Origin: Rhizodiscina lignyota
Taxonomy: Eukaryota
DNA length: 64,000 nt
Direction: 5' to 3'
Assembly (NCBI GenBank): GCA_010015805.1
Contig: ML978142.1
Span: 1 to 64,000 of the forward strand
Below are positions 36,942 to 47,913 of this stretch, one piece after another. The position numbers and the translations under genes are program-made. The notes under the pieces are model-generated. The model was not told where the DNA came from and did no database searches. It worked only from the letters and a program-made list of their open reading frames with translations. Position 1 is the stretch's first letter. Every line of letters begins with the position of its first letter.

Positions 36942-39900
36942 ATGGTGGCTCAAGCGCCCATGTTGAGCTCGCCGCTCAAGCAGACGAACGAGATTGACTG
37001 GATATCTCCCTTAAAACAATACATCCGAGACACGTATGGCGACGATCCGGAGCGATACTCGGAAGAGTGTGCGATGCTGAACCGGCTGCGGCAGGATATG
37101 CGTGGTGCAGGCAAGGACAGCGCAGCTGGGAGAGATTTGCTATATCGGTATTACGGGCAGTTGGAGCTGCTTGATTTGAGGTTTCCGGTGGACGAGAATC
37201 ACATTAAGATAAGCTTTACTTGGTACGTCCATGCTCTGGAGCCGATCTACATGCTTGAGAGAAGTGGATCAAGCAGGCAAATATCTATAACGGCATTCGC
37301 TTCATGAAGATCTGAGACTGACGACGTGCAACAGGTTCGACGCCTTCACACACAAGCCCACATCCCAATACTCCCTCGCTTTCGAAAAAGCCTCCATAAT
37401 CTTCAACATCTCCGCCGTCCTCTCCTGCCACGCCGCCAACCAGAACCGCTCCGAAGACACTGGTCTGAAGACAGCATACCACTCCTTCCAAGCCGCAGCG
37501 GGCATGTTCACATACATCAACGAGAACTTTTTGCATGCGCCATCGACGGACCTGAGTCGAGAAACGGTCAAGACGTTGATTGCATTGATGCTTGCGCAGG
37601 GACAAGAGGTATTCCTGGAGAAACAGGTCGCAGATGGGAAAAAGGTTGGCCTGCTTGCGAAATTGGCGAGTCAGGCTAGTTATCTGTACGGGCAAGCGCT
37701 GGAGGGGGTGCAGGAGAACGTAAACAGGGCGGTTTTCGAGAGGGTGTGGTTGCTTGTGACTCAGGTACGCCATAAGCTACAACTGACTTATTTACGGCGA
37801 ATCTCCATAGGTCACGGACTGACAAGACGAACAGATCAAAAACAATCATCTCTCCTCACTAGCACAATACTATCAAGCTCTCGCTGACAACGACGCTAAT
37901 GCCCACGGCATAGCAATATGCCGCCTGCGAGTCGCTGAGACTCTGGCACGTGATGCTAATCGCATCTCGAATGCCTTCCCTACGACTGTCCCGAGCACCT
38001 CGAACCTCTCCGCCGAAACCGGGCCAGCACTCAGCGATAGCACCAAGCGGCATCTATCATCCGTGCAGGAGAAGCTGCAAGAATTCCAAAAGGACAACGA
38101 TTTCATCTACCACCAGCCTGTCCCAGCCGAAGCGGGACTGAGTGCGATACCCAAGCTACCAGCCGCGAAAGCTATCCCAGTGTCGGAGCTGTATCAGGGT
38201 CAGGACATTCAGAGGATCATTGGCCCGGATATCTTCCAGCGCATCGTGCCTATGGCAGTGACAGAATCTGCCTCGCTGTATGATGAGGAGAAGGCGAAGC
38301 TTGTGCGTGCCGAGACGGAGAGGGTCGAGGTTGCAAACGATGAAATGGCTGCGAGCCTCGACTATCTTAAGCTTCCAGATAGCTTGAATGTCTTGAAAGG
38401 CGGCATGGATCAGGATGTGACAGTCGATGAGGACTTTAGGAGCTGGTGCAGCGAACTCGCGCACCACGAGGGATTCAGCGGCAGCTTCGAGGCCCTGGAT
38501 AAGGAGAAGGCAACTATTAATGGGATTTTGGACGGTTGTGCTAAGAATCTCGACATGGAGGAGTCTGTGTGCGAGAAGATGCGTTCGAAATATGGAGAGG
38601 ATTGGACACAACAACCTTCAGCCCCCCTGACGGGTAGCTTAAGACAAGACATCAAGGCATACAGGACAGCGGTGGAAGAGGCAGCGACAAGCGATGCGCA
38701 GCTGTTCGCTACATTCCGGCAATTCGAATCCGACTTTGACGAGATGCGGAGCGCTGGTGAGACCGACGAGGCGGATGTGCTTTACCAGCGGGCCATGATC
38801 AAGGCCGGCGGAAGCAGGAGGGGCAAAGGTGGCGTTGGAAGTCCAGCAACTCCTGGAGCTGAGGGAGAAGGAAGTCTCATTGATGACGATTTCGAGAGCG
38901 GCCCCAGTGTTGCGGAACAGATTGCACAGGTCGAAGAGCTCTTGAAGAGGTTAAATATGGTCAAGAGAGAGAGACAACAAGTGCTGAAGGATTTGAAGGA
39001 GAAGGTGAGCCGCTCATCTTCTAATCCATCTCCTACATTCCCAGCGCTACAGAAACCAGACGCGATACAGCTTTTTGAAGGTTGCTAACGATATCGAACA
39101 GATCCATAACGATGACATCTCTTCCGTTCTCATCCTTAACAAGAAGCAACTGGCCAACCAAGAGAACCTACTCTTCAAGTCTGAACTTGAAAAGTTCCGA
39201 CCGCATCAGAACCGCCTCCTCGCCGCAAACCACAAGCAATCCTCTCTCCTCAAAGACCTCACCCGCACGTACAACGATCTCCTCTCCGACAAGCGCGTCC
39301 GTGCTGAACAGTCCAAATATGAAGCATTCTCCCGTCAGCGCAGCTCTGTAATGAGCCGATATCGCAAGGTCTTCCAAGCCTTCAATGACCTAGTGGCCGG
39401 GCTAGATCGCGCGAAAACGTTCTACCACGATATGCAAGATTCCGCAGACTCGCTCAAACGCAACGTCGACGGATTTGTCGACAGCAGAAGAGGTGAAGGT
39501 GCACAGCTCCTTCAAAGAATCGAAGACAAGAAGAATGGCGTGCCGCAGACTAGTAACAACGCTGGCCTCGTCGACTGGGAGCGAGAAAGGCTACAACAGC
39601 TCATGGATCGCATGAGCGTCGAGAGTCCACATAGCACTCAGAGTCCCCAGAAACCGCCAGGCAGACCACCGCTACCCAGCTATGGCTCAGGAAGCAGCAT
39701 GGGCCAGAGCCCCCAACAGATCGCGACGCAGTACGCCAACATCCCCACCCCCGGCGGACAGAGTGGCTTCAGCAATCTGCACTCCCCGCCACCAAACACA
39801 GGCTACCTCCCACGAAGCCAATCCGGCCAGCCGCAAAACGGCGTCCGCCACGACTCGTATCCGTCCGCATCGTCGCAAATGTCCGTCGGTGCAGGCGGGT

Positions 39901-40316
39901 ACAATCCGAATAACTACGGGCCCGTCTCGCCGCCGCCCTTCCAGACGAGCTTCAACGCAGGCCAACATCAGCAGATGCAGCAGCCTGGATCGAGACAGTC
40001 GCATGGACATTACTTCTCGCCGCCGCCTAGCCAGCATCAGAGTCAGGGTCCGTATACGCCTGGATTTGGGGTTGTCGGAGGACAACAGCAGCAGGGAGGA
40101 CCGAGACAGGGTAGCGTCACGCAGTCGAGTCTACCGCCTGGGTGGCAACCCCCTCCACCGCCGCCGGGACCACCGCCGAGCGGACAGCAGGATTTCAGCG
40201 GGTTGACGGGTGGTTCGGCGTATCCGAGTGGGCCGGGGGGTTATGCGAGTTCCGGACGACCAAGTCAGGGGCAGCAGGGGCAAGACCCGTGGGGCGGGTT
40301 AAGTGGGTGGAAGTGA
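36942..40316 (+). CDS. BRO1: Vacuolar protein sorting protein Bro1 (ESCRT-associated); exons about 36942-37222, 37335-37764, 37835-39004, 39102-40316
   Basis: PLKQTNEIDW, RDLLYRYYGQLELLDLRF, YSLAFEKASIIFN, KDNDFIYHQ, V domain and Pro/Gln/Gly-rich tail. Confidence 0.95.
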
Positions 40317-41027
40317 ATTAGTTCGGCAAGATGAAGTAGCAGGGGAAGCGAGTTCTTTCGTTACTGGGATACCTTAAGCATGAGTATATTATACCATTGT
40401 ATATGTTTTTCGAAAGGAGCGAATGGAGTGCGATAGTGCGATGTGTGGGGAATAAAAAGGCGATTAACTTCTCACTTTTGCGTGTCTTCTATTGAGCCTT
40501 CTCGTGTATGCTCTCTTGTATGCACTTGGAGCAAGACAATAACATCTCTCGCCCTTGACGTTGGAACCAGCCATGCATATCCTACCATTTGTCGCCATAA
40601 TGACCGCCTGATTCGACACCAAAGTATCTTTGTTTGTGATTTGCATCCCTCGAATGGGGACTTTACGCGGTCATGGGGATTCAGCTTCACCCATCTCGCC
40701 GGGCGCATTTCTGGACCTTTCTGAGATACAATCCCGATGTAGACTTCGATTATTCGACGCCTCATGCTCTCGTGCGCTCGACCTATAGTGAAGCGCTGTA
40801 TAGCCGAGGGGTTCGACGGTGTGTGACGTTCGAAGTTATTCAGCATATTCGGCGGCTTTCTTAGACAACGACAGCTGTCAACTTGAGCAGGTCGGTTCTC
40901 AATTTCAGTCGTCAACGATCAGCTCTAGACAGCCCAAGCCAGCTTCTTACATCTGCCTTTCTTCATCTAAGACACCAGGCCAATTCAATCCAATTGGTAG
41001 TCGTCCACAAACAATCACCCAGTCTGC

Positions 41028-42179
41028 ATGATGAAGATTACCTCCCAATACAACCCTGCGCGGCAAGAACTCTCGAAAACCCACAGGGCGATTCGGAGCA
41101 AATTTTCGTGGCTTCCCTTCGTGCAAACACCGTGGGATAAGGAAACCCAACTTACCACCGAGGCTGAAGAATTTCGTATTGCGATAATGCTGAGAGACCG
41201 AGAACGCTCCTGCATCGGGCCACCACAGTCAGGCAGAAGACCATTATCGCTTCACGCCAGTGAACATGCTTCCGGCGCCAGGAAGAAGGCGCACAACAAG
41301 ACATCACAGTCGCAACTTCTTGTGAAATTGCCTGGCGAGGTCCGAAATGAGATATACAGATACAGCCTTACGCTTGCCTATGACAGTGTCACTATTCGGG
41401 TCTGGAATGGTGGGCTTGTGGGGTGGTTCGACGTGGATACGATTGCAGGCAACGACCGGTATACCTCTGAGTGGCATAATAAAGAGCGAGGCGTCTTTAA
41501 GCACAATCCGGGCCGGCGTGCAGTAGGCCGGACTTCTATTCTCGCTCTCCTCCTTACTTGTCGACAAATGTACGCTTGAACCGGCAGAGTCTGTCTGTCG
41601 GGATATCGCTAACTGGCTCAAGATACTCGGAGGCCATTGACTTTGCCTACTCCGAGAATATACTCATAGTCACGCAGCTTTACGCACTGCCTTACCTTTC
41701 GCGATATCTGCCTCAAAAGGGTCTGGACAGCATACAAACACTTTCGGTCGATACCTTCAGCTTCAACTATCGTAACCAACCTGAAGATGGAGATCGAGAC
41801 CCTCCCGATACAAGTAACAGGACGTGTTGGCTGAAGACCTGCGAGACCTTACGCAGCATGAGGAGCCTCAAGAAGCTAGATGTCAGGCTACCCTTGAAGA
41901 GAGAAATGCGAGGATGGACCGCGGCATATTACCTGATGCCTCTGGAAGGTATCCAGGTTCCTAACTTCACAGTCTACTTGCATGACGAGTTTGCATCTGA
42001 GTTTTTTACCTCCCCAGTCTTCGAGTCGACAATTTTCCGCTCTTCCAATTCGCCTGTTCAACTGTGAGTATTTACCGAAATTGCCAACGGTATATGTCAT
42101 GGCTAAGATCGTCCATCTCTATAGATATGCACTGACCAAATATCCGGAAGGTTCTGTGTTCATCAGACGGACGGTATAA
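41028..42179 (+). CDS. Hypothetical F-box-like/DUF7730-type protein (3 exons)
   Basis: SQLLVKLPGEVRNEIYRY and spliced LALLLTCRQIYSEAIDFAYSEN. Introns 41570-41622 and 42064-42124. Confidence 0.7.
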
Positions 42180-42700
42180 CTGAAGATACGGATAGCCCTT
42201 AGATTGGGAATGTAAAACTCAATGCCAAAATAAATAAATGAAGGCAACATTCGATTGAATCACTATCAACTTTCCATTATTGGGACGAGAAAGCCGCGAT
42301 AGAATCCACGCTGACTGCTAATGGGATCAGAGCGCCACCAACGAACCATCAGCTTGCACCTTCATTAGCTAGGCTTTCCTAGTGCTCGCCCCAGGCTGTC
42401 TGAACGATCATCAGCTGAGTACTTGCATTTGTAATCGCTTCGCCTGGTGTGACTTTCCTGGCCAGTTCCACGCATAGGCCCCAGTGATATGTGTTCTGTC
42501 ATACTTAATATCGAATCAGGAATCATGTCGATAGGTGATCTTACCTGTACATCGATGTTTAAGCCAGCAGCGTATGTGTAAGTGAACTCGTGAAGAAGGA
42601 GCGTGGCAAGGGTTTTCCCGGCCAAGTGTCGATGGGGTCCAGCACCCCATCATCCGCTTTGCTTTTGCCCTTCACGAAGTCGCCGACTCTGGCTGCTCTG

Positions 42701-42915
42701 GAAAATAAGCAAGTAGAGTTATAATAATAACTATAAAGATAATTATTAGCTAGAAAGAAAAGTACAGAATATAGTAAAAGCGTAGTAATTCAGAAAATGA
42801 AAACTAAGAAGTTAAGATCACTATTTCCTAATTAGGCAAAGTATTACCTAGATAGGTATCTATTAGATAACACTAATATATATATAGAGATAGATCCTAA
42901 GAAGCCTAATTTCTC
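42701..42915. mobile_element. AT-rich, TpA-rich relic, probably a RIP-mutated repeat/TE fragment
   Basis: Abrupt switch to very low GC with abundant TA, TAA and TAG (TATAATAATAACTATAAAGATAATTATTAGCTAG) in otherwise mixed-composition DNA. Confidence 0.55.
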
Positions 42916-43572
42916 CGCTCTATCATCTCCAAATGAATTACTGTACACGACCCCTTGGGCCTTCAGCCGTATGCTGCCTCTGTAGCAACGTGGAAATTGC
43001 ATACCACGGTAATTTGTCTGCTCTCCGGTTGGGTCGTTTACTCTCCGATATCAGCTTACTGGGGTAATTTAGAGTCAGTGAACTTCGAGCTCCAGGCTAC
43101 GTTGCCGATACCTCAGGGGAAGTTGCTGCTCAGGGATGCGTTTGCTTGCGATTGAAGATACTCTCCTACAGCTTTGGTACCCTTTTTCAGAGACCGAATA
43201 AAGAGTTGGATCTCAAATGCATGGGTACACATCTGGACTGGTCCACGGCTGCAGAGCAGATGATGGAGTGAATCTCTTTGACATTGGGACGAATGTCGGT
43301 GGTGCCGCGTTCGTCTTTGGATCAGTTCATGTGACTGGATTGGGGACCCCTAGGACTCCTGCGAAAGAAGACCAAGTCACAAAGAGTGGTCTCGGCATTT
43401 GACGAATCTCCATGAGTATTTCAAGACGTTAATGTGACTGTGAAGCCCGGACGGGGAAAGAGAAAGAGAGAGAAGGGGCTCGGACAAAGTAGGATATAGG
43501 GGTCAGCTCGTACGATAGCTCTAAGCGGTATCGGCTTCGGCCTAATCGAAGCGTGAGTGTCGCCGAAAATGC

Positions 43573-43627
43573 TCGGTGACACCGACAGAAACAACAACAT
43601 GTTATAGCTGCAAAGATGGTCTATATA
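43573..43627 (+). promoter_or_regulatory. Palindrome TCGGTG-A-CACCGA (CGG-N5-CCG) and TATA-like box upstream of the CAD-like gene
   Basis: Perfect inverted repeat at 43573-43585 and TATATA at 43622. Confidence 0.4.
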
Positions 43628-43658
43628 TTGCGCGATATCGCTATGAGATCTGAATTAT

Positions 43659-45155
43659 ATGTCTCAAGGCGTGACATATTCAGCTCAACCACCAGTCATC
43701 AGAAACATGGCCTCCACGACCGAGCAGGAAGTGAGTGCTGGACCGACAGCACAACTCTCCTCATGGGTTTCTTCCGTTACTCTCAGCGATATCCCCGACG
43801 AGATTCAGACTCGTGCCAAGTATCTTATCTTGGACGGTCTTGCTTGTGCACTCGTTGGCGCACACCTGCCATGGTCAGAGAAGGCCGCAAAAGCCATCCT
43901 CGAGATGGAGTCCAATGATGGAGCATATGTCTTCGGGTGGGACAGAAAGATTTCACCTCTATCAGCGGCGTTGATCAATAGCACGTTCCTCCAAGGCTTC
44001 GAGCTGGACGATTGGCACAGCGAAGCTCCGCTGCACTCGAACAGTATCCTTCTGCCTGCCCTATTCGCCGCAGCTCAGCAACTAAGCAAGGCGGACAGGT
44101 CGATCACCGTATCTGGATCCGACTTGCTTCTGGCGACGATCGTTGGCTACGAGGTCGGTCCTCGCGTAGGTAATGGGCTTTACGGGGCTCACGTCCTTAC
44201 ACAGGGCTGGCATTCAGGAGCCGTATTTGGACCGGCAGCGTCGGCGGCCGCAGTCGGTAAGCTGATTGGTCTTTCTCCCGACCAGATTGAGGATGCGTTC
44301 GGAATTGCGTGCACACAGGCTTGTGGCCTCATGTCCGCACAATTCGGAAGCGAAGTTAAACGGATGCAACACGGATTCGCCGCACGCAATGGGCTCCTGG
44401 CGGCTCTCTTGGCCCGAGGAGGCTATGTCGGCATCAAGCGTGTCTTTGAACAAGATTACGGCGGATTTCTGAAACAGTTCAGCATGGGTAACGGAATGGA
44501 CCCACAGTATAAGCCTAACGAGGTCGCCAAAGAGCTGGGAAAGAAGTGGCAGACGAATGGAGTGCGCGTAAAGCCGTATGCATCCATGGCCGGAACACAT
44601 CCGACTATCGACTGCATTCGGAAGCTTCAAGAGCTACATCCTGAGCAGATGCGGAACTTCGAGGGTATGAAGAAGATCAATATTGAGCTAGGAGAAGCAG
44701 CCTATCACCATGGAGGGTGGAAGGCGACTCGGCCGCTCACCAGCACCGGAGCGCAGATGAGCAATTCGTATGCTGCTGCGACACAGATCGTTCATGGCTC
44801 AGTACTGCCTGCACAATACAGACATGACATGCTCGAGAACGATGACGTTTGGCGGCTCGTCGACATGAGTGATTGCGAGCTATTGCCGTCGTTAGCCAAA
44901 AGCTTCGCGCAGATTGTCACTATTGAGTTCAACGATGGAACGACGTTGTCTCAACGCGTAGAAGCTGCCAGGGGAGTCAACCCAGCGTTGTCAAACGATG
45001 AGATTGTTGAGAAATTTAGGATGCTCACAAAGGATATTATCGATATTGAGAGAGGTAGAAAGATTGAAGAGATGGTGCTTGGGCTGGACCACTGCAGTAA
45101 TGTTTCTTTGCTTGAGGAGTTGATGGCGGGAGTTACGAAGAATCCGATTGAATGA
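43659..45155 (+). CDS. MmgE/PrpD-family cis-aconitate decarboxylase-like protein (CadA/ACOD1-like); alternative start 43707
   Basis: Intronless 498 aa: RAKYLILDGLACA, ELDDWHSEAPLHS, GWHSGAVFG, GIACTQACGLMSAQFG..VKRMQHGFAARNG. These closely match the motifs of Aspergillus terreus CadA as I recall them. Confidence 0.88.
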   Translation: MSQGVTYSAQPPVIRNMASTTEQEVSAGPTAQLSSWVSSVTLSDIPDEIQTRAKYLILDGLACALVGAHLPWSEKAAKAILEMESNDGAYVFGWDRKISPLSAALINSTFLQGFELDDWHSEAPLHSNSILLPALFAAAQQLSKADRSITVSGSDLLLATIVGYEVGPRVGNGLYGAHVLTQGWHSGAVFGPAASAAAVGKLIGLSPDQIEDAFGIACTQACGLMSAQFGSEVKRMQHGFAARNGLLAALLARGGYVGIKRVFEQDYGGFLKQFSMGNGMDPQYKPNEVAKELGKKWQTNGVRVKPYASMAGTHPTIDCIRKLQELHPEQMRNFEGMKKINIELGEAAYHHGGWKATRPLTSTGAQMSNSYAAATQIVHGSVLPAQYRHDMLENDDVWRLVDMSDCELLPSLAKSFAQIVTIEFNDGTTLSQRVEAARGVNPALSNDEIVEKFRMLTKDIIDIERGRKIEEMVLGLDHCSNVSLLEELMAGVTKNPIE

Positions 45156-45455
45156 TGAAGCAGAAATATGATTTTGTTCAGATTATCGATACCGCTGAGC
45201 GTATTACATTTGTATCGTTACGATATTGAGCATGAATAGTGAAATAGTAGCTTGACCCCCATGCACTAATTTCGAGAGCATCAATCTGTGTTCCCAGCAA
45301 GAAATCCCATCGCCAAATCAGAAACACACCGGCAAAATCGAATTCATACTCCTGGAACTCGAAGTATGCTTCATTCAAGCTCTGGATCAATCTTTCACCT
45401 TCCTCGGATCGCCACCACATGTGAGCATTAGGCTTGTCGAACCGAAATGGCCATC

Positions 45456-46292
45456 TTAGTCTTTCCTCTTTCTCTCCTGAAGAACCTCTTTGCGCATGCT
45501 GAGCAAAAGGTTATCCCGAGCTCCCACTTTATCCATGAGTCTTCGGCAGTTTGTGCATAGTGAACCAAGGTTCACCTCGAACTGTTTCAGGCCGCGGTTA
45601 GCTCCCAGCCAGCTCATCACCAGCGTTGACATCAAGTATTCAGGACGGAATGGGAGACGATCATGCGCCAAGCCCCCTGGAATTCCTGGATAGTAGTCCC
45701 ATGGGCAGATTGTGTACTCGTATATCTCAGGCTCTAGATTGACCTCAAGAGACGTCAGGGAGCAGAATTCTTCTGTCAATGGTCGCTGGTATGCTCGATG
45801 GATTTCGAATTCCTTCGGATGGATACAGCTTCTAGTAAGCTTCAGACCACCGTCAACTCTGAGGTCCGGAATGCAGATACTTTTCACCAAGCTCTTCCAT
45901 TCGGTCGGCATCGTCTCACAAAACTGTGGAAGCGCGTTGCAGCTGATGGACAGAGTCCGATGTTCGAAGACGAAAGCGAAAAGCTCGTGTCGGAGCTGGC
46001 GATTGATGTGCCCGAGACGAATGATACGGCGAAACGTCTTGTGGCGAAGCTTATGATCACCCTTAGGCGTGATACGGGTTGCGATGGTGATTTGCTCCTC
46101 AGGGTGGAAGTCGGAGTAGATCATGTCGCGTAGCTCACGAGGTAGCTTGAAGAAGGGAAAGATTGAACGGCTTGGGGGAGCGATGGTGGCGATCTGAGAT
46201 GCGGACATGTCGTTCTCAGGAGTGATAGTGGTAATCTGAGATGCGGTTATCTCGTTCTCGGGAGTGATGCAGGTATTCTGAGACGCAGCCAT
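45456..46292 (-). CDS. Hypothetical F-box-like protein with N-terminal 14-aa repeats
   Basis: FPFFKLPRELRDMIY and INRQLRHE motifs. Probable start MAASQ at 46292. Confidence 0.65.
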   Translation of the reverse strand: MAASQNTCITPENEITASQITTITPENDMSASQIATIAPPSRSIFPFFKLPRELRDMIYSDFHPEEQITIATRITPKGDHKLRHKTFRRIIRLGHINRQLRHELFAFVFEHRTLSISCNALPQFCETMPTEWKSLVKSICIPDLRVDGGLKLTRSCIHPKEFEIHRAYQRPLTEEFCSLTSLEVNLEPEIYEYTICPWDYYPGIPGGLAHDRLPFRPEYLMSTLVMSWLGANRGLKQFEVNLGSLCTNCRRLMDKVGARDNLLLSMRKEVLQERKRKD

Positions 46293-46301
46293 TTCGTTCT
46301 C
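46176..46301 (-). repeat. 3 x 42-bp tandem repeat spanning the start codon
   Basis: GTTCTC ends at 46217, 46259, 46301. Encodes ENEMAASQNTCITP / ENEITASQITTITP / ENDMSASQIATIAP. Confidence 0.9.
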
Positions 46302-47913
46302 GAGGGAGGAGCAGGTGGGACTGCAGAAAAGATTTTTCTGGCGCCGTGTTCTTGAACGTTTTGTCACCGATGAATAGGATGTGAGAGACTGGTCTCGACG
46401 GAGAGTTAGTTGGCAGGCGAAAGTGAGTCGGCAGAGGCCAAGCTTCGGAGAGTGGAAGTGTTGCGATAGTAGAAGATGAAATTGAAGAGAATATTTGAGG
46501 CGCGAGTAGCGATCTTGGCATATATAGCCTGAAATTCGAGGTCCTAAGGGTTGGGAAGATGTGAAGTGAGTATGCACGTGATCGCGCGTCATATGCGCGT
46601 CCGAAGCATCTGGCAGTCCATCTTGTTTAATTCGAATTTCCGTGTGGTCTTAACTGTTAGTCTTGCAGGATAACTTAATGGTTCAAACCTCTTGAGTACT
46701 CCAGAGTGAGCTGTTCAAGTCTCCAAGACAAACGTATCCACCTCATGTGAATCGATATCGTCCTAATCCTTCCCATTGGTAATCTCAACGTCAAAGGTCC
46801 AGAATCATCAACATTTCATACGCCCAAGACGGTAACATCACACTACCGTATTTTACTTTTCACAGGCTTTTCCTCGAGATATTCGGCGAAAAGCATTCGA
46901 CGACGCATATTGGAGGCGAAGGAGACTTGCGCAGAGATCTCCGTCGGCTTTTGGGCACCGAAGCAGTGTGTATGGCAAGAGTATGGATGAAAGATCTTTC
47001 GAAACGTTGAGCTAAGATGTAAGCAAAGGGAACCTGGCGCCCTATAAGAGCACAAATGATGAACGGGACTCGTCTCGGAATGTAGAATATTTCCGCTGCA
47101 GGGCGATGATGAATCCCAAATAGGGGTACACTAATTTCAGAGAGGCAAGGGTAAGATTCCTATTTCAACCTCATCCCCCGAACTTTCTACTAATCAACCG
47201 CCCATCTATCTGCTCCGTCCAAGTCTTGCCTAATCGTCGAATCCAAACCTTGTAGCATCTGAGCATGTCAAATTGTCAAGAATCGGTGACTAGCACTCTT
47301 CACGACATCTGTCATCATTGTCGAGTCACAGCAGAGGAGGGGGTAATCACAAAGCATGGTGACTTCGGGGATGCGGAGCTCACTGACCAGCCATCCATCG
47401 CCATCCACATTTATTTACGTCTACTCCGTAACGAAGAGCGACCTAAGGGGCCATTGAATCTAGAAAGGGCCATCTATCCGTTCGTCGAAAAAACGCACAC
47501 AGGGCCCCTTCCATTTCAGGCCATTTTCCGGATTGAAACCTGATTTCCACCCACGGCAGATCTCGGAGCGATGTGACCGCCTAATAGGGCTGACCTACCA
47601 AATGAATGCTCCTCTGCCTTTCTCCACGTCCTTGTGTCGTACTCGCTGAGCAACCTATCGTGTCGTGTAACCTTCGGATGCGATGACTTACGGGGGAAGG
47701 AAATACATCTCCTTCTAGACTTTAGAGGCTCTATTGACCCTTGTCTCATCGTATGTATGCACGCCACTTCCGCATGCGACCTCGTACCTTTTAGATATGC
47801 ACGTCAGTTGCACCTTCTCTGTTGAGTCTGAATGTGAACTTTATAACAAGCGTCACCTTTGTTCCTTTCTCTGAAGCGACGCTCCGTCTGCTTCTTGTAT
47901 TCAGCCGGGTACC

